Shown: positions 10,277 through 19,992 of the stretch, piece by piece
How positions within the stretch are numbered: the stretch's first letter is position 1
Layout of the letters: every line of letters starts with the position of its first letter
Assembly (NCBI GenBank): GCA_963748625.1
Contig: CAVVJT010000004.1
Location: 1 to 64,000 of the forward strand
Reading direction: 5' to 3'
DNA length: 64,000 nucleotides
DNA from: an uncultured Chloroflexia bacterium
GTDB lineage: Bacteria > Chloroflexota > Limnocylindria > Limnocylindrales > CSP1-4
The notes under the pieces: generated by a model
Seen by the model: the letters and a program-made list of their open reading frames with translations, nothing else
What the model was told of the DNA's origin: nothing
The model's database searches: none
Translations under genes and position numbers: made by a program

Positions 10277-10947
10277 CGCTCCAGGATCTCCCAGCCCCGC
10301 AACTGTGCCTCGTGGCGGAGCCCGGCGTCCGGAGCCACTGCGACCGCTCGCACCGCCAGCCGGAGCAGCGGGATGTCTGCGTACGAGTCCCCGAACGCGG
10401 CGAGCACCTCGCCACCGGCGGCCTCCGCAGCGACGGCTGCTGCCTTCGCCTCGCCGTTCTGCGTCGGCCCCGACAGAGCCCCGGTCGCCACCCCGTCGCG
10501 CACCTCCAGCGGCGTCCCGAGCGCCGCGTCCGCCCCGATCCGCCTCCCGAACGCCTCGCCCAGCTGCCGGTACGCCCCCGTCGCCAGCAGCAGCCGGGAG
10601 CCGGGATATGCCGCACGAGCCGCCTCCGCGGCTGCCATCACCGCATCAATCGCGACCTGGCGTCGTCCGGGCCAGAGGTGCCGCTCCACGACCCACTCGG
10701 CCATATCGGTCAGGCGCGCCTCCGGCAGGTCACGCAACAGGCGTGCCTGGTCCGCCATCCACCCGACCCGGAACGCCTCCCTATCGAGCCGCCCAGTCGT
10801 GGCAAGCACGACCCTCGGCAGCCGCACAACGACAAAGCGCCGGGCCGCTGGCGACGGGTGGTGCTCACGGATCCATCCCAGCACGGCTCGCCACGGGTAC
10901 GTGGCGAGGGTGCCGTCCATGTCGCTGACGACAACGGGGGCCGTCAT
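10273..10947 (-). CDS. HAD-IB family hydrolase (SerB-like)
   Basis: Motif I SDMDGT, LATG, GEAK, FGDSYADIPLL. Confidence 0.88.
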   Translation of the reverse strand: MTAPVVVSDMDGTLATYPWRAVLGWIREHHPSPAARRFVVVRLPRVVLATTGRLDREAFRVGWMADQARLLRDLPEARLTDMAEWVVERHLWPGRRQVAIDAVMAAAEAARAAYPGSRLLLATGAYRQLGEAFGRRIGADAALGTPLEVRDGVATGALSGPTQNGEAKAAAVAAEAAGGEVLAAFGDSYADIPLLRLAVRAVAVAPDAGLRHEAQLRGWEILER

Positions 10948-10972
10948 CGGCAAGCGATCGCCACGAGGGAGA

Positions 10973-11162
10973 TCAACGGTGTGCCAGGGCCAGCACGGCC
11001 AGAACGATCGCCTTCTCCTTGTCCACGTTCAAGCCGGCTACCTCGAGCATCGATCCGTTCTTGATCGCGAACAGCATGCCCGCATAGAAGGCGTCTTCGC
11101 CCAGTCCCCGGCATGTCTGCATAGCCATCGAGTGAATTGTATTCGAGCCGCGAGATCTCCAA
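10973..11162 (-). pseudogene. Frameshifted gene remnant with lower GC
   Basis: Removing one G from GGGG near 11107 gives EISRLEYNSLDGYADMPGLGEDAFYAGMLFAIKNGSMLEVAGLNVDKEKAIVLAVLALAHR. Confidence 0.4.
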
Positions 11163-11337
11163 ATGCTCGTTGGTCGTCGGGCTCGCTGGGCTAACCGGCA
11201 CTGGCGCAGTGCGGGACCGGTCCGTACCGTTCGACAGACGCGGGAGGCGATGACGCGCGGTCCATGCTCTGGCCGCCGAGGACCACGTCGAGCCACTGGC
11301 GAGACCGACCCGCGGGTGCGTCCCTGGGAGACAGGGT

Positions 11338-11835
11338 ATGCGCAAGATCCTGGCCGTCGGAGCCGCCGCGCTCCTGACGCTCGCCATCGCCGTGCCGCTC
11401 GCCACCGCGGGTACGACGACGGCGCCGAAGACCGTGACCGGCAGCTTCATCGGGACCTACACGGGCGATGGAGGGGGCGGCGCGCCCGTCATGTTCCGGT
11501 TCGAGGTCCGCACCGATGCGTCGGGCGCCGTGCAGTTCGGCTACTACCAGCAGCAGCCGCTGCCGGACCCGAATGGCTGGAGCAGCGTCGGGGTCGTGGA
11601 CAGCGTGCAGTTCTTCCGGGACGCCAGCGGCGCGAAGGCCGCCCGGCTGAACATCACGGAGTGCAACATCGCCTCGGGCGAATGCAACGACCAGGCGGTC
11701 GTGATCGTCAGCGACGGGACGTCGGACACCTTCTGCGGCGGCATCCCGACCCCGGCCAAGCCGTGTCTGTACCCGTTCAGCATCGACAAAGGCAACATCT
11801 CGATCTCAGCGACCACCGGGCAGAACGGGCACTAA
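11338..11835 (+). CDS. Secreted hypothetical protein (4 Cys)
   Basis: Signal peptide MRKILAVGAAALLTLAIAVPLATA; GC3-rich codons; GGAG RBS. Confidence 0.75.
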   Translation: MRKILAVGAAALLTLAIAVPLATAGTTTAPKTVTGSFIGTYTGDGGGGAPVMFRFEVRTDASGAVQFGYYQQQPLPDPNGWSSVGVVDSVQFFRDASGAKAARLNITECNIASGECNDQAVVIVSDGTSDTFCGGIPTPAKPCLYPFSIDKGNISISATTGQNGH

Positions 11836-11926
11836 CGGGACCGCTGGGGGGCCCGAGCTCGCCACTGACGGGCGACGATTTCGCGCCACCTCGCGTGCTC
11901 TTGAGGCGCCAGGATGGAGGTTCGGC

Positions 11927-13630
11927 ATGGGAACGGACCACGCGCACGGCGTCGCAGGACCGCTGGTCGCGTTTGCACTTGCCCTGATCGCCGCCGGCTC
12001 GATCGGTGCGGCCTTCGGCGCAGACCCGAGCTCCGGCCCGCAGCCCCTGGCGGAGGGCCGCCACGTCCAGGACAACGGCGAGGTCCTCACCCCGGCCGAA
12101 GCTGCGAGGGTGGAGGCGTTCGCGGCCAGCATCGAGGCGGCCGGAGGTGGCCGCGTCGTTGTGTACACCGAGCCCGATCCAGCGCAGGTTCCCGCTGCCC
12201 CGACGCTTGCCGCGCGCTGGGACGTGGACGGCTTGCTGCTCAGCGGCTCCGGCGGCAGCATGACCTTCCTGCGGGCGACCATCGGCGACACGCTCAAGCG
12301 CAGGCTCAACGCCGACCAGCTCCGGTACCTGGCAGACAACATGATGTCCGGGGTCCACAGTGCCCCGGGGTGGGCGACGAGCACATTGGCCCGGGTTGAC
12401 GCCTTCCTCGGTGGCAGGCACGTCTTCGACGGCGCCGGGGTGCTCGACATGACGGGCATCCAGCAGGCGGAGACCGCGACCGCGAACCTGGGCAGCCAGC
12501 TCGAAGCCCCGGTCTACATCGACATCGCGTCGACCGACTCCGACCCCACTTCCGAGGCGGTGTTCAACAGCAGTTCGAGGCCCGGCCGCTCGCTGGTCAT
12601 CGCGCTGGCCGTGGGTGACGGAACGATCGGCGGTCGCGTCGGCTCCGACAGTTCGCTGTGGGACAGCTACCAGACCGGCGAACCCTGGTCCGGCGACAGC
12701 CTGTCCACCCGCACCGTCCCGGACGACGACCGCCAGGCCGTGGTGCTCGATGCCATCAGCGCCGTTGAGAAGCCGCCGCTGATCCCCCTGGAGACGGCCG
12801 TGTTCATCGGCATCATGGTGCTGGTGATGGCGCTTGCCCTCGCGGCGACCTTCTCGACGAGGTTCAACCGGGCGATCGCCCAGCGGCTCACCGGGACGAC
12901 GAGCTCGATCGCCAACGGGGTCGCCGGCACAGCCGTGATCGTGAGCATCGCCGACACGGGCGCAACCGTCTCGGCACGATCGGTCGGTCCGGACGCCCCC
13001 GTCTACAAGCTGGGCCTCGAGGTGTCCCGGGACGGGGGCGAACCCTACCCCAGCGAAGCCAAGGTGATCGTCCCCCGGATCTTCGTGCCCCTCATCGTCC
13101 CGGGCACGGAGGTGCCGGTCGTCATCGACCCTCGGAATCGCGCGCGGGTCACCGTGGACTTCGAGAGCTTCGGCGAGGGGTCCGAAGCGGGCGAGCCTGG
13201 CGCGGCCCGTGCAGGGTCGCTGGAGATCGGGTTCGACACCGCCGGCCGACCCGACAGCGGTGACCTGTCGGCGATGGTGGGGGCCATCGGCAGCGGCAGC
13301 CTGCCGGTGATCAAGGGCAGCGCCGATCAGCTGCTCCTCACAGGCACCCACGGCACGGCGATCATCACGACGGCCCAGCCGCTCGGCAAGAAGGTTCGCG
13401 ACGTCAACCCGGCCGCCGACCCGTCGCGTCTTGACGACCCGGTCTGGCTGTTCACTGTCGCCGTGACCCTGCCCGGGCAGACTCCGTTCCCGGCGGTCTT
13501 CGGCCATCGGGTCCCGATCGCCAAGGTGACACAGGTTGCGCCGGGGGTGAAGCTGGCCGTGGCGGTCGACCAGCGGGACCGGAACGAGGAGGTCGCGATC
13601 GACTGGGACCACTCGCCGCTGACCGGCTGA
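11927..13630 (+). CDS. Membrane protein: TPM-like extracellular region, TM helix and two repeated DUF3592-like domains
   Basis: HVQDNGEVLT and HVFDGAGVLD resemble TPM domain starts; duplicated GTAxI...PV(Y/W)xxxxxV...PG...P...VP...PG...V.(I/V)D unit. Confidence 0.65.
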   Translation: MGTDHAHGVAGPLVAFALALIAAGSIGAAFGADPSSGPQPLAEGRHVQDNGEVLTPAEAARVEAFAASIEAAGGGRVVVYTEPDPAQVPAAPTLAARWDVDGLLLSGSGGSMTFLRATIGDTLKRRLNADQLRYLADNMMSGVHSAPGWATSTLARVDAFLGGRHVFDGAGVLDMTGIQQAETATANLGSQLEAPVYIDIASTDSDPTSEAVFNSSSRPGRSLVIALAVGDGTIGGRVGSDSSLWDSYQTGEPWSGDSLSTRTVPDDDRQAVVLDAISAVEKPPLIPLETAVFIGIMVLVMALALAATFSTRFNRAIAQRLTGTTSSIANGVAGTAVIVSIADTGATVSARSVGPDAPVYKLGLEVSRDGGEPYPSEAKVIVPRIFVPLIVPGTEVPVVIDPRNRARVTVDFESFGEGSEAGEPGAARAGSLEIGFDTAGRPDSGDLSAMVGAIGSGSLPVIKGSADQLLLTGTHGTAIITTAQPLGKKVRDVNPAADPSRLDDPVWLFTVAVTLPGQTPFPAVFGHRVPIAKVTQVAPGVKLAVAVDQRDRNEEVAIDWDHSPLTG

Positions 13631-13669
13631 GCCGGCGACGGCCAGGCCTGGGGCTACAGGAGAGCAGCG

Positions 13670-13864
13670 ATGCGCAACCAATCTCGCCCGCCATGGATCC
13701 TGGTCCTCGGTGGGATCGTCGTCGTGGCCATCGTCCTTGCCACAATCTGGGCGATGGCTCCAGAGGACGCGCGCGGACTTCTGATGCTGGCCGGGGGCGC
13801 GATAACCGTGGCGGTGTACCTGGCCCTCTTCGCCATCCAGCGGCGCCGCCATTGGCGTTCGTGA
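13670..13864 (+). CDS. Small two-TM membrane protein
   Basis: 64 aa with two hydrophobic helices; AGGAG RBS. Confidence 0.6.
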   Translation: MRNQSRPPWILVLGGIVVVAIVLATIWAMAPEDARGLLMLAGGAITVAVYLALFAIQRRRHWRS

Positions 13865-13892
13865 TCCGGCTGACGCTCGTCGACCAGCCACT

Positions 13893-13957
13893 TCGCGCCC
13901 CCGGACGGACTCGCGGACTCGGAAGCCAAAACCGCAGGCCGGCACTCGTGGTACGCG
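13893..13957 (+). repeat. att-like junction R1 (tRNA-Arg 3'-end copy plus TGGTAC tail)
   Basis: TcGCGCCCCCGGACGGA matches the tRNA core 16/17; TGGTACGCG at 13949 (+56). Confidence 0.7.
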
Positions 13958-13989
13958 ATGACGTGCGACGCGCCCAATAGGATGGCGCC

Positions 13990-14655
13990 ATGACAGTCGA
14001 CCTCGAGGACCTCCGCCTCGCCATCTACACGTCCCTTGCCACAACCGGACGCGCGCCTGACACCACGGCGCTGGTGACGGTCCTCCGGGCCGGCCCGGGC
14101 GAAGTCGAGGCAGGTCTGCGAGAGCTCGCCGCCGCCCGGCACCTCGCGCTGGACGCGGACGGCCACGTCGTACTCGCGCATCCCTTCTCCACGATCGACC
14201 TCGGCTTCTCGGTGAAGGGCAGCCACACGCTCTGGTGGGGCGGCTGCATCTGGGACTCGTTCGCGATCCCCCACCTCGTGCCGGACGAGCCGGAGGTCCT
14301 CGTCGCCACGACCTGCCGGGGCTGCGGGCGGGCGCACGCCTGGGTCGTGGGCCGCGACGCGCCGCCTGCGGGCGACCAGCTCGCCCACTTCCTGGTCCCG
14401 GCCGCACACATGTGGGATGACGTCGCCTTCACGTGCGGCAACCAGCGGGTCTTCTGCGACGACGACTGCCTCGACACCTGGCTCGCCCGGGAGGGCCACG
14501 AGCGTGGATATGCGACGGATCTCGCCACCGTGTGGCGCCTCGCGAGCGGCTGGTACGCGGGCCGGCTCGACCGCGGCTACGTCCGGCGCGAGCCCGCGGC
14601 GGCCCTCGAGTACATGCGCAGCGTCGGACTCTCTGGGGCGTTCTGGGGGCTTTGA
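13990..14655 (+). CDS. Organomercurial lyase MerB-like protein
   Basis: N-terminal wHTH; AHPFS, WGGCIWD (compare MerB WCALD), TCRGC, TCGNQRVFC. Confidence 0.8.
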   Translation: MTVDLEDLRLAIYTSLATTGRAPDTTALVTVLRAGPGEVEAGLRELAAARHLALDADGHVVLAHPFSTIDLGFSVKGSHTLWWGGCIWDSFAIPHLVPDEPEVLVATTCRGCGRAHAWVVGRDAPPAGDQLAHFLVPAAHMWDDVAFTCGNQRVFCDDDCLDTWLAREGHERGYATDLATVWRLASGWYAGRLDRGYVRREPAAALEYMRSVGLSGAFWGL

Positions 14656-14845
14656 AGGCGCGCAGATCGCGAACCGGTGACCGGAGGGACGCTGCGGCCT
14701 GCCCCGAACCTTGACTGTCGACGGCCGCGCACTGCTGCTCGCCTGGTCCGCTCATGGCTGACGAGCGGACCTCATCCCCTGTGAACGTCCGCGGCGTCCG
14801 GCTCCACCCTTGCGCGAACGAGGTCCCGGCAGCGAACATCAGGCT

Positions 14846-15190
14846 ATGCAGATCGTTGCCGGACAGATCACCGTGGATGCCCTCACCGCCATGGCCGAGG
14901 CCACGTTTGGCGATCTTGTCAAGGCCGTCGTCGACGTGAGCCGGGGCCTTCTCGCGGTTGACGCCGGCATGCACAGCGACCTGGAGGCGCTGTTGCTCGA
15001 CGCGGGGTCGCGCCAGGGCGACCTCTGGGGCATCAACTTCTACCCGGCCGAGTTCGGCACCGCGGGGTTCCTCGAGTTCGACTCGATGATCAACCTTCGG
15101 CCGGGTCAAGGAAACCGGACGCGTTCGGTTGACGACCCCGCTGCGCGCGCTGCGATCGAGGAGCTCGTCGGCAAGGTGGTGGTCCCGTGA
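14846..15190 (+). CDS. DUF5674 family protein
   Basis: FGDLVKAVVD...MHSDLEALLL..GS.Q..LWGIN..P...EFDSMINLRP.QGNR signature. Confidence 0.8.
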   Translation: MQIVAGQITVDALTAMAEATFGDLVKAVVDVSRGLLAVDAGMHSDLEALLLDAGSRQGDLWGINFYPAEFGTAGFLEFDSMINLRPGQGNRTRSVDDPAARAAIEELVGKVVVP

Positions 15191-15519
15191 CCCTCCACCC
15201 GGATCTCGTGCCGGAGCGCTGGGAGAGGTTGACGCTCGCCGAGCAGCTCGGGAATGCCGGTGCGGACGTCGGACGGGCGATCAGGGCACGCGACGCCGGG
15301 AACGAGAGCCGCTGTGCGGCCGCCCTCGCGAGGGCCCTCGCCCAGCTCGATCTCACCCTCGCCGACCCCCGCTGGGCCGGCCATCGCCGGCGCGAACTTG
15401 CCCGTGCCCGAGAGGTCGTCTGCGACCTCCTCGCCGGCGACAACGTCTACGGTTCGACACCGGCCCAGACCGAGGCGTGGTTCATGGCGTACGCCGCACA
15501 GGCTCGCGCTGGACGCTGA
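15187..15519 (+). CDS. Conserved helical hypothetical protein coupled to DUF5674
   Basis: GTGA overlap with the upstream gene; RWERLTLAEQLGN...ELARAREVVCD...GDNVYGST. Confidence 0.75.
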   Translation: MTLHPDLVPERWERLTLAEQLGNAGADVGRAIRARDAGNESRCAAALARALAQLDLTLADPRWAGHRRRELARAREVVCDLLAGDNVYGSTPAQTEAWFMAYAAQARAGR

Positions 15520-15739
15520 CTCTACGGTCGATCAAGAACGGGCGGCTTTCCGCCGGGCCGTCGCCACGAGCGCCCGCACGTGCGGGTCCGGGTTCGAAGT
15601 CCTCCAGCCAACAGGATCTCCGCGGGCAGCATGCCGTCGACCGGGCGTCGCAGTGCGGATCATCAGGTCAAGCGTCGCTCGAGATGATCGATAAGCCGCA
15701 CTGTCGCCTCGATGCCGGGCTGTCGCCTACCCTTCGCCC

Positions 15740-16285
15740 ATGACGAAGTACGTGGTGCTCCTGCGCGGCATCAACGTCGGCGGCAAGAACCTGGTGTCGA
15801 TGGCTCGCCTGCGCGAAGTGCTCGAGGAGCTGGGCTACGCGAATATCGTCACGTACATCGCGAGTGGCAACGTGATCCTGCGCTCAAGACGGGGGCCGGA
15901 TCGAATCAGGCGCGAGATCGAGGCCACCCTGCCCACGGCCTTCACGCTCCACAGCGAGCTCGTCGCCGTCCTGGTGCTGAGCGCGGCCCAGCTTCGGGCC
16001 GTCGTCGAGAACCGTCCGAAGGGCTTCGGCGATGAGCCCGATCGCTATCACAGTGACGCGATCTTCCTGATGGGGATCGACGCGACAGCGGCGATGGCGC
16101 TGTTCGACCCGCGACCCGGCGTCGACACCGTGTGGCCGGGCGATGGCGTGATCTACGCACAGCGACTGAGCGCGGAACGCACGAAGAGTCGCCTGAGCAG
16201 GATCGTGGCCAGTCCGATGTACCTGTCGATGACGATCCGAAGCTGGGCCACCACGACCAGGCTCGCGGAGCTCGTCGCGGAGTGA
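15740..16285 (+). CDS. DUF1697 domain protein
   Basis: YVVLLRGINVGGKN...V.TYIASGNVI...TIRSWAT. Confidence 0.9.
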   Translation: MTKYVVLLRGINVGGKNLVSMARLREVLEELGYANIVTYIASGNVILRSRRGPDRIRREIEATLPTAFTLHSELVAVLVLSAAQLRAVVENRPKGFGDEPDRYHSDAIFLMGIDATAAMALFDPRPGVDTVWPGDGVIYAQRLSAERTKSRLSRIVASPMYLSMTIRSWATTTRLAELVAE

Positions 16286-16487
16286 GGTGAGTCGGGTCCA
16301 GCCGGTCACGTCCAACCTCGCGAACGAGGAGGGCGCCGGCTGGGAGCCCGTCGCCCGGTGACCACTGGATGGGCTCGAGAGCGCTCGGACTGACCGTGTC
16401 GCGTTCCGCCCCAGCACATGCTCACGGTCCTTGACGTCTGGCGGAGCGTTGGGCACGGTGCCCAGAACAACCTGCGAGGAGGCACCG

Positions 16488-16874
16488 ATGGAGCAAGCTC
16501 GACCGATGGTGGTCCGGCCCGGTGAGGGTGTCCAGCCAGCCGGCCTGCCCACGCCCGGAATGGACCGTCGCCAGCTCTTGGACCATGAGGATTGCTGGGT
16601 GGGTTGGGTGCGGACCGATGCCGGACTCGCCGGCGGCTGGCACCACCATGGAGCGCGCGACTCCTACATCTACGTGCTCCGCGGCACGGTGACGATCGAA
16701 TACGGTCTCGCGGGGCTCGAGCGGGTGACGGCCGTGGCCGGGGACTTCATCTTCAATCCCGCCCGGATGGTGCATCGCGAGATCACTGCCCCCGACGAGC
16801 CGGCAGATCTCTTCGTCGTCCGCGTTGGGACCGGGCCGCAGAACGTCAACGTCGACGGCCCGGATGTCGTGTGA
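16488..16874 (+). CDS. Cupin domain protein
   Basis: GWHHHG...YIYVLRG and GDFIFNPARMVHRE; GAGGAGG RBS. Confidence 0.85.
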   Translation: MEQARPMVVRPGEGVQPAGLPTPGMDRRQLLDHEDCWVGWVRTDAGLAGGWHHHGARDSYIYVLRGTVTIEYGLAGLERVTAVAGDFIFNPARMVHREITAPDEPADLFVVRVGTGPQNVNVDGPDVV

Positions 16875-17094
16875 ACTCGCCAGACTTGGCCCGTGAGCGT
16901 GGCAGGCACCTGTCACGTGCGTCTCCGCGTGGTTCTCACAGACGCACGAGGCGAGCCGCACGGGCCGGTCCGTACATCTCAGCCGGCGTCGTCGAGAACG
17001 TGGTCGTGCGACAGGAGGTGTCAGGAGACGGAGCTCAGGGTGGGACAATCAGCCGGACAGCACGTTCCGAAGATCGGCCCGTAGAGAGGTCCTG

Positions 17095-17421
17095 ATGAGC
17101 CAGCCGAGCCGCCGAGTGCTACGCCACGTCGTCCTGTTCGCCTTCAACGAGACGGCGACCCCCGACCAGCTCCAGGCCATCGAACAGGCCTTCACCGCCC
17201 TGCCGGCCCAGATCGCCGAGATCAAGGACTATGAGTGGGGCACCGATGTGAGCGTCGAGAACCTGGCCGATGGCTACACGCACTGCTTCCTGGTCACCTT
17301 CGCGAGCCTGCCCGACCGGGACACCTACCTGGTCCATCCCGCCCACCAGGCGTTTGTCGCCGGGCTCCAACCTCACCTGGCCAAAGCGTTGGTCATCGAC
17401 TACTGGACTGGCAGGCTGTAG
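17095..17421 (+). CDS. Dabb family (stress-responsive A/B barrel) protein
   Basis: LRHVVLFAF...EWGTDVS.E....GYTHCFLVTF...YLVHPAHQAF...VIDY. Confidence 0.92.
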   Translation: MSQPSRRVLRHVVLFAFNETATPDQLQAIEQAFTALPAQIAEIKDYEWGTDVSVENLADGYTHCFLVTFASLPDRDTYLVHPAHQAFVAGLQPHLAKALVIDYWTGRL

Positions 17422-17528
17422 CCGGCTTCACTTCCGCTTCCAGTCGCTCCAGGCGCTCCAAGCGCTCCGCGGTCGATCCCACCCGGAACCCGCCTGCTCG
17501 CTCGTTCTACGAGGCGGTTGCGTTGCTG

Positions 17529-17608
17529 TGGCGCCCCCGCGCGGTCTTGGAGGAGCGGCAGGCCCCACCGAGGACCCGCTCGCGTGGTACGCCGCGTTCG
17601 CCGGGTGA
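17529..17608 (+). repeat. att-like junction R2
   Basis: Degenerate core TGGCGCCCCCGcgCGG; TGGTACGCC at 17585 (+56); reads VAPPRGLGGAAGPTEDPLAWYAAFAG*. Confidence 0.7.
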
Positions 17609-17692
17609 CCGTGTCACGGCGCAGCCGCCGCGACCGTCCCGCCCGCGGACAGGGCACAGCGAACCGATCGCGCCCCAGCGAGAGGTGGTCGT

Positions 17693-19273
17693 GTGACGAA
17701 GCTGCGGCATTTCGCGGAGCACCTTGGAGTCGCGGGCATCATCCTCGCGCTCGTCGCCGGGTGCTCCCTGGCACCAGTCACCTCGTCGCAGTCGGCCGAA
17801 ACTGCGACCCCACCTTCGCCCGCGATGGTCGCTCCGACGCCAGCCCCGTCTGCCACGTCGATGGCGGTCTCCGCGGCGTCGCCTCCCGCGTCCCCGAGGG
17901 AGGCGCCACAGGCGCAACGGTGGCGTCTCCAAGTGGGCCCCGCCGCCGGGTTGGGCCCGACAACCGGAGTCGCCGTCGGCGGGATGGTGAGCCTGGACAA
18001 CCAGTGGGCCAGCCTGTCGGACAGTGACTGCGGCGGTGTCGGGTTCGAGAATGCGGGCGCGCCAGAGCGAGCCACGGTCATCAAGTTCGTGCTGCCGGAG
18101 GTCCCGGTAGGTGCACACCCAGTCCGGGCCACCCTCCTGATCCACGACGCCACGCCGGACGCGCTCGGCCGGATGAGCGTGACCGGCTACACGGGGCAAG
18201 GGAGCTATGGCGGCCCGCCACCTACCGCGCCAACGGGCTCGATCCTGGTCACTCCCGCAGCATCGGCCGGGCGCGACTCGTGGGACGTTACCGCGTTGGT
18301 CACCGAAGACTCGCTCGAGTTCGGGCTGGTCGGCTTCTGGCTTCGCCTTGAGCCCGACGTGATCGGCCTCCACCGCTTCACGTGCTCCGGCACGACGCTT
18401 GGACCCATTCTCACGGTCGAGTACGTCGGCGACCCGGATCCCGGTCCGGCCGAGGGCCAGCTTCGCGTCGGGGGCGATCTGGGCACCTCCAACGAGCTCC
18501 GCAAGGCGGACGAGGACGACGGTTGGTGGTTCCCCACGAGCTGGCTCTGCGGCGAGGTCGGCCGGGATGTCGCGTCGGGGATGGAGGCCAGGCTTGCGGT
18601 CGGCTTCAAGCTCGCTGGCCTGCCCTCTGAGGCGATCGTCACGGGTGCCACGCTCGCACTCTATGACGGGAACCCGGGTGCACCGGGCGCCGTCGCAATC
18701 GAGGGGTACCTGAGCCCCGGTATGACCTTCGGCGACGGGCTTCGCGATGGGGAGCCCCTCGAACCTACCGGACGCGTGGTCATCAGACCAAACGACGGCG
18801 ACCGTGAGATCTGGGTGGTCGATGCCCTTGTGACACCGCCCATGGTTGCCGGAGGGCGGGCCGACTTTCTTCTCCGTGCAGCCGACGAGACCGATGGCCT
18901 CCACGAGTTCGCCTGTGCACGTGAGCCGAAGTTCCCGATCCTCACGCTCAGCTATCGAGTCGAGGACGCCACCCCGACGACGCAGGCCAGCCCGCACGAA
19001 GTGCTGGCGCCGGGAAGTTGGATGGTCACCCTCGGGGACACCCTCCGCGTCCGATCGCAGCCGCGTATCTCCGACGACTCGAAGATGTACGAGCCGCTGC
19101 TGCCGAAGGGGACGAACTTCTCGATCATCAGCGGCCCGGTGTTCGCTTCCGGCTACTGGTGGTACCGGGTGGAGCTCGCGGCGGGAGTGCTTCACGGCGG
19201 GATCACGCAAGGCTGGGTCGCGGAAGGCGACCACGACGGGACGCCGTGGATCAAGAACATCGGGATCGACTAG
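17693..19273 (+). CDS. Lipoprotein with duplicated beta-sandwich domain and C-terminal SH3-like domain
   Basis: Lipobox LVAGC; Pro/Ala linker; two C-G...F.L......ATL..(H/Y)D...W.V.ALVT...F.C...PILT..Y repeats; LRVRSQP...GPV...GYWWYRV...GWVA. Confidence 0.75.
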   Translation: MTKLRHFAEHLGVAGIILALVAGCSLAPVTSSQSAETATPPSPAMVAPTPAPSATSMAVSAASPPASPREAPQAQRWRLQVGPAAGLGPTTGVAVGGMVSLDNQWASLSDSDCGGVGFENAGAPERATVIKFVLPEVPVGAHPVRATLLIHDATPDALGRMSVTGYTGQGSYGGPPPTAPTGSILVTPAASAGRDSWDVTALVTEDSLEFGLVGFWLRLEPDVIGLHRFTCSGTTLGPILTVEYVGDPDPGPAEGQLRVGGDLGTSNELRKADEDDGWWFPTSWLCGEVGRDVASGMEARLAVGFKLAGLPSEAIVTGATLALYDGNPGAPGAVAIEGYLSPGMTFGDGLRDGEPLEPTGRVVIRPNDGDREIWVVDALVTPPMVAGGRADFLLRAADETDGLHEFACAREPKFPILTLSYRVEDATPTTQASPHEVLAPGSWMVTLGDTLRVRSQPRISDDSKMYEPLLPKGTNFSIISGPVFASGYWWYRVELAAGVLHGGITQGWVAEGDHDGTPWIKNIGID

Positions 19274-19341
19274 GTCGCCGCGCCAACCGTCCAGCGGGAC
19301 CCCTGCCTTTGCGGATCCGGCGCGCTGCGACCCGGCCCCGC

Positions 19342-19509
19342 AAGTTGGCCGACCTCTACGGCTGGGACGACTACGGCTGGGACGACAGGGAGGAGGTCGA
19401 GTACCGCAAGGCCAAGACCGAGGCCGCGCTCGCGGCGCTCCCGACCGACAGCGACCGGCTGGTGCTATTCGACTCCCACCGGGCACGGATCGCGAGTCTG
19501 GGCGACGAG
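19342..19509 (+). pseudogene. Probable large serine recombinase C-terminal (coiled-coil) remnant
   Basis: KLADLYGWDD...EYRKAKTEAALAALP..DRLVLFD resembles the KL..LY..G....EY...K...L coiled-coil of large serine recombinases; contains a 15-bp tandem duplication at 19356-19385. Pattern recall, not a database hit. Confidence 0.5.
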
Positions 19510-19580
19510 CAAACCGGACGACGCCCTCGCGTGGTTCGCGACCGGATACCCAGGGCCCCCTGGACGCTCCAGCTGGCGGG

Positions 19581-19992
19581 TTATGCCGTCGGGTCCAGGA
19601 GGGGCACCCCAGTCCGCACGACATCCCGCGTGTTGCGGGTGACGAGCGTCAGTCCATGAACGCGAGCCGTGGCCGCGAGCAGCCCGTCGACCGTGGGCAC
19701 TGGGTACTGGGACGTTGAGCCTCCCCCACTCTTCGGCCACCGTGCGATCCACAGGCAGGATGCGATCGGCGAAGCCATCGGTCAGGGCGGCAAGCCAGTG
19801 CTCCAGCGCCAGCGAGGACGGGACGTCCCGCCGGCGAAGCGACTCGATCCCGCGCCGGATCTCTCCGATCACGAGGACACTCGTGAACAGGGTGTCCTCG
19901 TCGGCGTCAGTGAACCAGGCGCGGAGCCGCGGGTCGGCACGCTCCCCCTTCCGCAGCTCGGAGACGATGTTCGTGTCGAGCAACCAGCTCAC
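19581..19992 (-). CDS. vapC: VapC/FitB PIN toxin (one +1 frameshift near 19705)
   Basis: WLLDTNIVSELRK...IGEIRRGIE...EEWGRLNVP, then PVPTVDGLLAATARVHGLTLVTRN in the next frame. Confidence 0.88.

Noticed and set aside
14681-14760. Possible extra junction (CCGGAGGGACGC...CTCGCCTGGTCCGCT, PEGRCG...LAWSA)
   Set aside because: The 5' half of the core is missing and the spacing to the TGGT motif is 15 nt too long; it may be chance in GC-rich DNA.
16360-16400. Weak core-like sequence (CCACTGGATGGGCTCGAG), and a similar one near 11880
   Set aside because: Too many mismatches and no TGGTAC at the expected distance.
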